From positions 16,680,001 through 16,744,000 of the forward strand of contig CM075988.1 in the NCBI GenBank assembly GCA_038087875.1: a stretch of 64,000 nt of DNA, read 5' to 3'. Each line of letters starts with the position of its first letter. Position 1 is the stretch's first letter. The translations under genes and the position numbers were made by a program. The stretch comes from Malacoraja senta. Its lineage: Eukaryota. Below the pieces are notes generated by a model. The model was not told the origin of the DNA. It searched no databases and was given only the letters and a program-made list of their open reading frames with translations. Of this stretch, positions 13,690 through 25,871 are shown piece after piece.

Positions 13690-13940
13690 GTTTTTCACAG
13701 CCCGAGGCTGTTCCAAGGCATTTTACATCCAGTGAATTACTTTTGATTGTAGCCACTGTTGCAATGTAGTTAATATGGAAAATGTGCGTGCAGTAAGCAT
13801 TCATTATCAACAATGAAAACAGCTGCCAGATAATCCATTTCTTTAGTGATATTGATTGAGGGATACAGATGAACCAAGGACCAGGAAGAATTCCATCTGC
13901 AGTATTGATGATCCTCGGCTTAACATCCATGGCACTTCAC
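13690..13940 (-). mobile_element. Ancient DeuSINE/SacSINE-like remnant
   Basis: Degenerate block (tacttttga..tgtagccactgttgcaatgtag...ttgattgagggata) similar to 19720-19830 and recalled as a DeuSINE-type core; not verified. Confidence 0.4.
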
Positions 13941-16900
13941 TCAACTTCCATTAATTCTCTGATCAACAAGACCAAGCAGCGTAAATCACTGCGTACCGCA
14001 CCCATAGAATTTGCTTACGAACTACGATTTCCTCAGTATCTTCCTTAATATCTCTTGCAGTACTGCCTATTCAGCATTGAAAGGTCTCATTTAATAGTTC
14101 CTTGTATAAAAATGCCAGAACTTAAACAATAGGGGATTTGTCATCGACGCAGCTGGCCAATAAATACACAGTGCATGACAAACCTCAAAAACAAAAGGCA
14201 CTGGATGATGGAAATCTGAATTAAAATAGAAATTGCTGGCAAAACATAGCAGGCAACATCTGTGGCGTCAGTGGAGACACAAGAGACTGGAGATGCTGGA
14301 GAGGCTCTCAATCAGTCTGAATCAATTTGAATGTGTAGGAAGGAACTCCAGATGCTGGCTCACACCGAAGATAGACACAAAAAGCTGGAGTAACTCAGCG
14401 GGACAAGCAGCACCTCTGGAGAGAAGGAATGGGTGATGTTTCAGGTTGAGACCCTTCTTCAGGCTGCTGGGTCAGAATCAGTTTGAAGTAGGGTGCAGGC
14501 CCGAAACATTGGCTGTCCATTCCCACCCCAGGTGCAGCCTGACACCTGAGTTCCTCCAGCATTTTATACATTGAAATAGAATCAATGTTTCAGCTCAATA
14601 TCCTTTCATCAGAACTGTTGCAAAGGAATTGTTCGGTGCTGCGATTAGTGGTGTAATAATTTTGCTCAGACTGCTGCCAGAGTCATCTCTGTGGGGTCGG
14701 GCTTCCTCTACCATGGGAGGAGTATCAAAAACACGAGGGGATAGTCATGTCTCCAATGACCTTTACAAATTTCTATAGAGGCACCATAGAAAGCATCCTA
14801 TCCAGATGCATCACAGCTTGGTATGTATGTCAATGGCTCTACCCAAGATTACAGGCAATCACAGCAAGACGTGAAGGCATCCTACCTACCTACACAACCC
14901 ACCTCCCTCCCATTTGACTCCATCTACACTTCATGTTGCTTTGGGAAAGCAGCCAACATAATCAAAGGCCATTCACACCCGGGTCATTCCTTCATCTTCT
15001 CTCTCACATCGGCATGAAAGCATGTTTCCACCAAATTCAAGAACAGCTTCTTCCCTGCTCTAATCAGACTTTTGAAAGGACTTTTCATATCCTCAGGATC
15101 TACCAATCTACCTTTTCACTTTGCACTTTTTTATCTGCACTTTCTCTGTAACTGTAACACTATTTTCTGCTCTCTGTTTATTTTCTCTTTTGCACTACCT
15201 GATTTGCCCGGATAGCATGCAAAACAATGCTTTTCACTGTATCCCGGTAACTATAATAATAAGCAAAAGCAAAGCAAACCGACCGAAGGAGATACAAGAA
15301 ACTGCAGATGCTGGAATCTTGAGAAAAACTTTAAATACTGGAGGAACTCAGCGGGTCAGGTAACACCTGTATATGGAATGGGCAGATGGTGTTTCGGGTC
15401 AGGTCCTTTCTTCAGACTCAGAAGGAAGGTGAGGATTTTAAGATGATCTGAAGAGTACGTTTCTCTATACAGAGGGTAATTGATGTCTAAAACAACACAT
15501 TGTCAGAAGAAGTAATGGAATCAGATACAATTGCCAGGTTTAAGAGGCATTTAGACAGACATTAAAGCAGGGAAAGTCATGGAAGCATGGAGCCTAGTGG
15601 AAGAAAGTGGGATTCATGAAGGTGGCCAAAAAAGGTCGTTGTGGGCGTTCAGCGGGCTGAATCTGTGCTGTACAAGTCTATGACTTTTTGATGCTTCCTG
15701 AAATCAGTTCCTGTCAGTTGTCTGATCTGATCAAGGCTGTTTCTGGTGTGTAGTAACAGTGATGTTATTATGCACACTAAGCAGGGGAAGTACACCGGCA
15801 CAATTGGTAGAGCTGCTGCCTCACTGCTCCAATCACCTGGCTTCAATTTCACCTTGGGGGAGGAGTTGATAGGAATGTGAGATCGGCGGGCCGAATGGCC
15901 TGCATCTATGCTTCTGCGACACAAGAATGCCAATAAATCAACAGGCATCAAATGAAAAAAATAAAAAAGCTAAGATTAACCAACTTTTTCAGCATTTTAT
16001 AGACTACAAAATAATAAAGTGGGATTAGTGTAGGATTAGTGTAAATCAGTGATTGATGGTGCTTGTGAACTTGGTGGGCCAAATGATTGCTATATAATTC
16101 TATGGCTCTTTGAGTTTATGACTAAAGATTGCAATACACAGGGGACTATGCCGGGAAACGGAATAACGGTTCTTTAAAAATAAAAGTAAAACATTAAAAA
16201 AATATCTATGGGGATTTGACATTTTTATCTGAGGAAGTGGCAATCTAGACATATATCTATTTGTGAAGGGAAATAAGACATTAAGCAAGAAGCATGCCAT
16301 TAAAAAATACCTTTTGTGCAAAAATTAATTTTTCAGTGTGATTTTTATTTGCAGCGAGAATAAATGATAAAGATTGACATTCTTGGAATTACAGTCATTT
16401 CTGAAGATTATGCTGGAGATGGCTTCAAAGGGCCCCCTTTAGTGAGCAGGGAATCATTGACTACAACTTCTGGCATTCCGTGTAGAAGTCTGCATGAGTG
16501 CACTCCACAGATTGCTGTCAGGTTTACTCTGTTACAACAATGAGCATTGATAGACTCACTCACTACAAATTCCCAGCCAGTGGAACTCTTGCCTTACAGA
16601 ATCATAGATCAGTTACTTTACAGATGTGGACCATTCAACACGTTGGGTCTCTGGAACAACAATCCCATTAGCCCCATTCCCCTGCCTTCATCCATAACCT
16701 GATAACATTTCCTTCTGATTCTTATCTTGTTCCCTATTTAATATTTCTATTGAAACAAAGATAGACACAAAGTGCTGGAGTAACTCTGTGTGTCAGGCAG
16801 CGTTTCGGGTTGGAACCCTTCTTTAGACCAGACCCAAAATTTCAGTTCTGACCCGAAACATCACTCATCCCTTTTCTCCTGAGATGCTACCTGATCTGCT

Positions 16901-17075
16901 GAGTTATTCCAGCACTTTGTATCCATTTTTGGTAAAAACCAGCATCTGCAGTTCCTTCTTTCATATTAGTATTGAACCACCTCCACTGCTACCACTGGCA
17001 GTAAATTATGATCCTAACCACTCACTGTGTAATTTATTTTATCCTCATACCACTTTCGATTCTTTTGCCACAATA

Positions 17076-17423
17076 GGGACGACAGATGGCGCAATGGGCT
17101 AAGTGTTCGGCTGGCAACCGGAAGGTAGCCGGTTCGAATCCCGCTTGGAGTGCATACTTTCATTGTGTCCTTGGGCCAAGACACTTCACCCACCTTTGCC
17201 TGCGTGTGAATGTGTGTGAATGTGTGTGAGTGATTGGTGGTGGTCGGAGGGGCCGTAGGCGCAGATTAGCAGCCATGCTTCCGTCAGTCTGCCCCAGGGC
17301 AGCTGTGGCTACAGAAGTAGCTCACCACCACCGAGTGTGACTGAGGAGTGAATGAATAATGCGATGTAAAGCGCCTTGAGTATTAGAAAGGCACTATATA
17401 AATCCCATCCATTATTATTATTA
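17076..17423 (+). mobile_element. tRNA-derived CORE-type SINE with L2-like tail (AFC-SINE-like)
   Basis: A box tggcgcaatgg (17087-17097), B box ggttcgaatcc (17131-17141), tgtgtccttggg.caagacactt core, 3' tgtaaagcgccttgag...ctatataaat and an (att)n tail. Confidence 0.8.
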
Positions 17424-17467
17424 ATCTGTTTCAAGCTCTACACCCTAGTCCTTGACTCTATAGACTG

Positions 17468-17851
17468 TTCTATAGACTCAGGATCAGTTCCTGTGGATTG
17501 GAGGGTAGCTAATGTTATCCCACTTTTTAAGAAAGGCGGGAGAGAGAAAACGGGGAATTATAGACCAGTTAGCCTGACATTGGTGGTGGGGAAGATGCTG
17601 GAGTCAATTATAAAAGATGAGATAGCCGCACATTTGGATAGCAGTAACAGGATCGGTCCGAGTCAGCATGGATTTACAAAGGGGAAATCATGCTTGACTA
17701 ATCTTCTGGAATTTTTTGAAGATGTAACTAGGAAAATGGACAAGGGAGAGCCAGTGGATGTAGTATACCTGGACTTTCAGAAAGCATTTGATAAGGTCCC
17801 ACATAGGAGATTAGTGGGCAAAATTAGGGCACATGGTATTGGGGGTAGAGT
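17468..17851 (+). mobile_element. CR1 LINE internal reverse-transcriptase fragment
   Basis: Open frame VPVDWRVANVIPLFKKG...NYRPVSLT...QHGFTKGKSCLTNL...YLDFQKAFDKVPH; paralogous to 44690-45055. Confidence 0.92.
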
Positions 17852-19051
17852 TCAAACCCTGTCACAATCAGTAAGGGTCTCAGCACTGATTCCTGTGTAT
17901 GCCACTTGTCAAAGGCTTCCAATAACCCAACAAAAATAACCCTACATCATCACTCTCTAATTCTTTGGACCAGTCTCCCATCTGAGACCGTTTCAAAGTC
18001 CTTCCTGAAGTATTGTTTGACATCACCAGCACTACCTTTATCAGTGCACTTTGAAAAAGTTAGGAAATTAGTCAGATAGGATCTTCCCCGAACCAAACTA
18101 TACAGACAAAGTCACAAAATGCTGCAGAAATTCAGCGGGTCAGGCGGCATCACCTGGAGAACACGGTTAGGTGAAGTTTCAGGTCAGGGGACTTATTCAG
18201 GAAGAAGGGTCCCGGCCTTAACCACCACTTACCCATGTTCTCCAGGGATGCTGATTGATCCACATATTACTCCAGCATTTTGTGCCTTTCCCTGGTAAAC
18301 CAGCATCTGCAGTTCCTTGTTTCTACAAACTACACTGACTAATTTTTGATTAATCTTGCTTTACCAAGTGCTGATTAATCTGGTCCTTCAAAGTTATTTT
18401 TCGAATACTTTCCCAACACTGACATTAGACTCACGGTGCTGTAAATACCTGGCCTTTTCCTACTGCCCTTTTGAATTCTGCTGCGCAAATCCCAGGAGAG
18501 TAAAATTAAATGATGCTCATTAGATTGAAACCAGGACGAAGAGACTAAGAGGGTTAAATGCCGGTCGTCTGCTATTACAGTCCTTTAAACAGAGAAGGTA
18601 AATGTGATCTAATTTACACGTTTAAGCTAATTGACCAGGGAAAGTGCAAAATACATCTTGTTCCTATGGGTATTGGGTATGGGAGCGGGGGAAAGGGGTG
18701 ACAAGTTCAGAATGTTGTGGTGCAGCCTTAAAACAAGAGCTAGGATTTCAGCAGTCTCAGACAGGGGAAATCTGAAGCCTTCTCATTCCCCAAAATGCCA
18801 TCCAACTTAAATTACTGAGATCGAGGTGATGGGAGGAGGGGGTCACCTGAAAGCTTTAAAACCGAGAGTGAATGATTGAATGATGAAAGGCCTCGACACA
18901 AAACGTCGCCCATCCATGTCCTCCAGCGGTGCTGCCTGACCCGCAGAGTTACTCCAGCACTTTGTGTTTTATTCAAGATTCCAGCATCTGCAGTTCCTAG
19001 GGTCTCGACAGAATGATCATTGATAGGAAAATATGAAGGGAAACAGAACCA

Positions 19052-19289
19052 GACAGCTGGCCGGGCTGCCGACCGATGGGGCCAGGGGCCGAGGTGCTGC
19101 TGCTGCACTCCATGGGCTGAACTATGTCGGGACGGGTGAGCCGGGGCTGGATGCGGCGTTCCGACCCGACAGTCCCCTTGACCCGAGTAGTAGCAGTCAA
19201 ATACGGGACAAGGGGAGTCCGTATGGGACAAACCAATTTAGCCCAATATACGGGATGTCCCGGCTAATACGGGACAGTTGGCAACCCTA
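19052..19289. mobile_element. Truncated copy (one end only) of the hAT-like MITE at 47182-47699
   Basis: Highly similar to about 47468-47699; ends in the TIR cagttggcaacccta. Confidence 0.85.
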
Positions 19290-19830
19290 GTAGTGATACA
19301 GATCTGCCATATCTAACTGAATAGTGCACGGGTATGGTGGTGCAGTGGTACAGTTCACACAGGTTCATACAGGTTATTGGGTCATCAGAACCTCCCTGTA
19401 GAACTGCGTAAGAAAGACTATCAAATCTGAGTTGGATGCGCAAGAGAAAGCAATATCTTGAGCAAAAAACAAACAAACTGCTGTAGGAACTCAGCAGGTC
19501 AGACAGCATGTGTGGAGGAAAATGGATAGGTGACATTTTGGGTCGGGGCCCTTCTTCAGTCCCAACACAAAATATCGTCTATCCTTTCCCCAGTGCAGAT
19601 CCTGCCTATGTGCCTCCAGCAGTTTGGTTTAATGTCAAATCTGAGCTGCTGGCTTAACTATCATTATTTTTTAAAGGCAAGCATTAGAAAGATAGCCATT
19701 TCTTAAACATCCCCTGCAGAACATACCAAGCACTTTATAATCAATAAAGAACTTTACTTTGAAGTCTGGTTACCGTTGGAATAGAGGAAACACAGCAGCC
19801 AGTATGTGCAGAACAAACGTCCACAAACAA

Positions 19831-20277
19831 CATAGAAACATAGAAACATAGAAATTAGGTGCAGGAGTAGGCCATTCGGCCCTTCGAGCCTGCACCGCCA
19901 TTCAATATGATCATGGCTGATCATCCAACTCAGTATCCCGTACCTGCCTTCTCTCCATACCCTCTGATCCCTTTAGCCACAAGGACCACATCTAACTCCC
20001 TCTTAAATATAGCCAATGAACTGGCCTCGACTACCCTCTGTGGCAGAGAGTTCCAGAGATTCACCACTCTCTGTGTGAAAAAAGTTCTTCTCATCTCGGT
20101 TTTAAAGGATTTCCCCCTTATCCTTAAGCTGTGACCCCTTGTCCTGGACTTCCCCAACATCGGGAGCAATCTTCCTGCATCTAACCTGTCCAACCCCTTA
20201 AGAATTTTGTAAGTTTCTATAAGATCCCCTCTCAATCTCCTAAATTCTAGAGAGTATAAACCAAGTCTATCCAGTCT
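19831..20277 (-). mobile_element. Young CR1 LINE 3' fragment
   Basis: RGDLIETYKIL...FFTQRVVNLWNSLP...GY*, nearly identical to 45740-46187; (catagaaa)n tail. Confidence 0.92.
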
Positions 20278-21935
20278 GTTTTAGGAATGCCGATTGAGAT
20301 GTAAATATTGGACTGAACACCAGTTTAGATTACCTCATCCATTCAACCAGACACCAGAAAGGGTGGTATGGTGGCGCAGCAGTAGAGTTGCTGCCTTACA
20401 GCGCCAGAGACGGGGGTTCGATCCTGACTACGGGTGCTGTCTGTACAGAGTTAGTATGTTCTCCCCGTGACCGCGTGGGTTTTCTCCGGGTGCTCCGGTT
20501 TCCTCCCGCACTCCAAAGACGCACAGCTTTGTAGGTTAATTGCCTTCAGTATAAATTGTAAATTGTCCTTGGTGCGTCGGATGGTGCTAGTGTAGCCGGT
20601 GATCACTGGTTGGCGTGGACTCAGTGGGATTTTTTGCACTGTATTCCCAAAGTAAAGTCAAATGGTTCTACTCATGTTATGTTCGTCTGTAAATCCTCTC
20701 GAATCACCCTGGCTTTACTGACCCTCGCAGAATCTGTACCCAAACTGTAAGGTGGCCTGCACACAGTCAACAGTGAAGACATATCACCCTGTTATGGGCC
20801 TGTCAAAAAAAAAGACTGTGCTGGAGTAACTCATCGGGTCAGGCGGCATCTCTGGAGAACATGGATCGGTGATGTTTCAGGTTGCAACCCTTCTTCAGGC
20901 TGGAAGGAATGCTGGATGGGAGAAGGGATCGTCACTGAGCGGAGAGGACAACTTACCACAGAGAAAGGCCTGGAGGCAGAAGCGAGGGAAGAAGAAGTCT
21001 ACATCATGGCAGGCCCGGATATTGTTGAGGTGTGGGCAAAGGTCCTGTCATGTCTCAGTTGCATTCACATCTAACAAATTCGGAGAACCCCCTCCACCAT
21101 CCCTCTGCTATTCCCTCCTGTGCATCCGCTCACAAAGTCAACAGGGCAATGAAGATAATTTGCTCCACAAAATGGCTACCACAGCAGGAAGTGATCCGGC
21201 GCACATCCTGCCCCTGGTTTAATGCCAAGGCATCGACTGCATCAGGTGTAATCACAGAGCCACTCTGTGTAAATTGTATCTTCAATATGTAGTTCACAAA
21301 ATGTCAAGAGCCTCCATCAACAAAAGGGCACTCAAAACCAGAGCAGGGATCTGGAAAATGGATTGGCCTGGTGCCTATGCAACACACCAGATACCATCTC
21401 GAATCACGTTCCGTTCATTCCCGCAACATTTCCACATCTTGCAACTTGTTTTTCTTTGTAAGGAACGCACACAACTTCAAAACATAAAATAACTGAGCAG
21501 GAAAAACAGTGGGATTAAGCTAATCCCTGTGAGGAGCTGCTACAAATATCAATTGTTCAGGAGTGATGTGAATCCCATTAGTCTACATTTTAAGTTTGTC
21601 TTACAGAGAAAGGGAGGAAGAAGGGGTAGAACGAGAAAGGAAGGAGAACAAGATTGTTTCTTACGTTTAGTGTAAAGATGCAGCGCAGAAACAGGCTCTT
21701 CGGCCCACCGAGTCCGTAGAGACCAGCGATCCCGGCACTTTAACACTATCCTACACACACTAGGGGCAATTTACAATTTTACCAAGCCAATTAGCCTACA
21801 AACCTGTACATCTTTGGAGTGTGGGAGGAAACCGGAGCTCCCGGGGAAAACCCACGCGGGTCACGGGGAGAATGTAGAGACTCCGTACAGACAGCACCCG
21901 TAGTCAGGGTCAAACCCGGGTCTCTGGCACTGTCA

Positions 21936-22825
21936 TAGGCCTGTCCCACTTGGGCGATTTTTTCGCCGACTGACGGTGACTGTCAGTCATAGCAGGTCAA
22001 AGGACAAAGGACAAAGGACATTTATTGTCACAAACACCAATTGGTGCAGTGAAATTTGAGTTGCCATTGCAGCACACAAATAAAATAAACACAACATTAT
22101 AGAATTTAACAATAAACATAAAAAAACATGCCCCAACAGCGGGATCAATGTTTCCCACTGTGAGGGAAGGCAGCAAAGTTCAGTCCACTTCCTCCATGTT
22201 CACCCGTGGTCGGGGCCTATTGAGGCCTCCGCAGTCGCCGCTACGGCAGCCCGATGTTTCAGGCCCTTTCGCCGGGATGATGGAACAGAAGAACACTCTC
22301 AGCGGCGTGGAGTTCCGAGACGGCCGCTTCCTCCCGGAGATCGCGGCTCCTGACGTCCACAGGCCGCGCGCTGGGCGGAGCTCCAACACTGGCGACCTCG
22401 GCGAGAGATCCCAGGCTCCGCGATGTTAAAGTCAGCGTCGCCGCGGCTGGAAGCTCCACAGACCACAGCTCCACGATGTTGAAGTCGGCAGGCCCAGCAC
22501 TCCGGAGCTCTAACACAGCGACCCTAGGTTGACGTAGGTAGTTGCCAATGGAATTCACCGAAGTCAGCACCGGCGACGACCTACGTCATCCTGGCGACAA
22601 CCTACGACAGCACCAACTTCAGGGGAAGTCAAGCTACACTCATTAGCGTCCAGCCAACTGTCGCCGAAATTTTTTCAAAATCCAGCGGCGACCAGAAAAA
22701 CGCTACGATTCTTTGGGCGACTGAGGAGACGACTCATGACCATACAGGCAACACCCCAGCGACAATGTGGCGACAGCCTAGTCGCCTGTAGTCGCCTAAC
22801 AAATCGCCTAAGTGGGACAGGCCCT
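21936..22825. mobile_element. PIF/Harbinger-like non-autonomous TIR element carrying a nested retroelement
   Basis: TIRs ggcctgtcccacttgggcgattt / aaatcgcctaagtgggacaggcc; flanks tca (a mutated taa) and taa. Confidence 0.8.
21998..22526 (-). mobile_element. GC-rich non-autonomous retroelement with a LINE-type 3' end, nested in the MITE
   Basis: (caaagga)n tail followed by tttattgtcaca, the reverse complement of the tgtgacaataaa 3' motif shared with other LINE tails in the window (for example about 61325). Boundaries are approximate. Confidence 0.55.
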
Positions 22826-22828
22826 TAA

Positions 22829-23411
22829 AGGCTCTGTCTTACCTGTTTGCGGTCATCGGCGGTGAAGCGCGGCGTCGCCGGTAGAGGGGACCGCACGGCA
22901 ACGGCGAGAGCGCCGAGCCTATCCACGGGAGCACCGCACGGATGCTGCGCGGGGGCCGAGTTATTGAAATACGGCTGGTCCCACGTGCTTGCGGTAAGTA
23001 AAAAAAAGGTCGGGCCGACTGCGATGACGTCGGCCCGCCGCACGTGACTCACCAGCGGCGGCTGTGGCGGCGGCCATCCTGATCGCGGCGCTGTAGCGGT
23101 GGCTGTGCCTGCGGCTGTGCCGCACACGTGCCTCACTGGCGGAGGCTGTGGCAGTGGAAGTGTGACGCACGGCGCTCGAGCCACACTGGCGGCGGCCCGT
23201 GCGGGCGGCCGTGCCGCACTCGTGCATCACTGGTGGAGGTTGTGCGGTAAGAATATAGTTTTCAACATTGTAGGTTTTATTTTAGCACCGTGCGGTGTTG
23301 GGAACACCGCCGCACGGCCCCGGAATTGTGCGTTCTCACGAGTGCGCGGTCTATGGCGGCAGATTCTTCCCGTTTCGCCGCCAATGACCGCAGACTCGTG
23401 AGACAGGCCTT
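22829..23411. mobile_element. Second PIF/Harbinger-like MITE (GC-rich)
   Basis: About 45-bp imperfect TIRs aggctctgtcttacctgtttgcggtcatcggcggtgaa / ttcgccgccaatgaccgcagactcgtgagacaggcctt; TAA on both sides (22826-22828 and 23412-23414). Confidence 0.8.
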
Positions 23412-25871
23412 TAAGGCAGCAACTCTACCGCTGCGCCACCAAACAGCTATTTCTGGTGTCTGGTTAAATGAATGAGGTATTCGAAACTGGTGTTGTCCAA
23501 TATTTACATCTCAATCAGCATTCCTAAAACAGATTATTGAGTTGTTTGTGGACGTTTTGTTCTGCACATATTGACTGCTGTGTTTCCTCTGTTCCAACAG
23601 TAACTGGACATCAAAATAAAGTTCTTTATTGATTGTAAAGTGCTTGGTATGTTCTGCAGGGGATGTATAAGAAATGTCTATCTTTCTAATGCTTGCCTTT
23701 AAAAATAATGATAGTTAAGCCAGCAGCTCAGATTTGACATTTAAACCACACTGCTGGAGGCACATAAGCAGGATCTGCGCTGGGGAAAGGATAGACAACA
23801 TTATGCATTGGGACTGACGAAGGGTCCCGACCCAAAACGTCACCTGTCCATTCTCCTCCACACATGTTGTCTGACCTGCCGAGTTCCTCCAGCAATTTGT
23901 TTGTTTTTTGCTCAAGATATTGCTCTCTCTTGCGCATCCAGCTCAGATTTGATTGTCTTTCTTACGCGGTTCTACAGGGAGGTTCTGATGATCCAAGATG
24001 ATCCAAGAAGCCTGTGTGACTGTACCACGATACCACCATGCTATCGTTGCACCACACTCTACAGGGTGGGAGATTGCAACCTTCACGTGGTCCGCCCTGT
24101 TTCAACGAATGCAATCAACCTGGCGTGCACAATCAAATAAGATGAAACAGAACAAGTTGTCCTGCAACTTTAGGCTGTGCACGCCATACACAAGAACACT
24201 GTACCTCTGCACTATTCAGTTAGATATGGTAGATCTGCATCACTTAATGTTTTGCCTAACAATAATCATTCAGTGGAGACCATAGGAACTGCAGATGCTG
24301 GAATCTTGAATCAAACACAAACTGCTGGAGTAACTCAGCGGGTCAGGCAGAGCTGATAGTCTTCCTTATGCGGTTCTACAGGGAGGTTCTGATGATCCAA
24401 GGTGATCCAAGAAGCCTGTGTGAACTAAGACAGGGTTTGGAGCCAGTGGTGAGCATGGTTATGGTATCTGTTGCTCGCACACTGATTCAGGGGAAAAACT
24501 CAAGGCCGACTTTCAAGCAGGTTTCCCTGATTTGAAGTAGTTGGCTGTCAACCAGGTTGAACGGTAGATTCCGTCTGAACTCAAGCGTAAAAGCATTGAC
24601 GTTTGCAGAGGTGTAAGAGGTCTGAGGCAGAAGGAAATGAGCAGAAATTAAAAAAATGTTAAAAGTATTTATTGAGGTAAATAGAAAGAGACTGGGTGGG
24701 CACTCAACGACAAGGGTCAACTGTTCCAAATTGTCACTAAGATGAGAGAATTCTCCTTTCAGGTGGTGTTTGAATACTTTCCAACAGAGAGTAGAAGAGA
24801 CAGACTAAAGGGAAAGTCGACTCAGGAACTGGCGGCCAAACGTGGATGTGAATTATGCCACTGAAAGGTGTGTCTGGAACAACAACCGGAGATCATTGTT
24901 TTACCCTGTGCCACGGAACGAAATAATCGATTTCTCCTCAGCATGAACCTAGGCTGTGACCATTTCCAAGACATTTTGCACCATTTGGGAAATGTTGACT
25001 TGATGTGGAATGTCTGTGGAATTCTCTGCCTCAGAGGGCGGTGGAGGCAGGTTCTCTGGATGCTTTCAAGAGAGAGCAAGATAGGGCTCTTGAAGATAGC
25101 GGAGTCATGAGATATGGGGAGAAGGCAGGAACGGGTTACTGATTGGGGATGATCAGCCATGATCACATTGAATGGTGGTGCTGGCTCGAAGGGCCAAATG
25201 GCCTACTCCTGCACCTATTGTCTATTGTTTCCAGACAAAGATTCGAGAGGGTGCTGGAGAGGGGATTTAGGCTTTTGCAGTGCAGCGGTGAATCTTTCCC
25301 GTAATACTCCATTAATCTGGCATCTGATTATTCAGAGATCCTGATGGTTTGGCATCTAGAACATAGAGCAATACAGCACAGGGACAACCCTTCAGCCCAC
25401 AATGTCTGTGCCGAACATGATGCCAAGACCAACTCTTGTCTGCCTGCACATAATTTATATCCATTCATCTCCGACATATACATGTCTCTATCCACGTCAC
25501 TTATATGCCACTTAGAGTCATACAGCGTGGAAACAGGTCCTTCGGCCCAACTTGCCCACACCCGCCAACAGGTCCCACTTGTGGTCCTCTTGCATATTAT
25601 CATTCCCTTTAAAATCTCTGGGGTCGCTGGATGGTTTATCAGGCTGCTGTGTAATATGAATGCAAAATGCATGTTTGGTATTGATGCATGTTTGGTATTA
25701 ACTTTTTCTAAGTTCGGCAAGTGACATGCAGCACTTTGGAAAATATGATTGTCCAACATTAGCAGAGATCCGTGGGTACCAGATTATCAGAGTTTCATTG
25801 TAAATCAGGCTTAAAGCTGATCAGAATGCAAATTGAGAGCGAGTTATACCAGACCTTGGCTCACTTGGCAA

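Larger units (their letters stand above)
18932..24350. repeat. Inverted segmental duplication (left arm about 18932-20650, right arm about 21670-24350)
   Basis: 19290-19830 and 20275-20400 are reverse complements of 23540-24245 and 23412-23535; 18932-19030 matches 24250-24350. Confidence 0.9.

Noticed and set aside
22148..23475. Cluster of GC-rich ORFs suggesting a CpG-island promoter or nested gene
   Set aside because: Lies entirely within TIR-bounded MITEs and a retro-insert; no recognisable domain.
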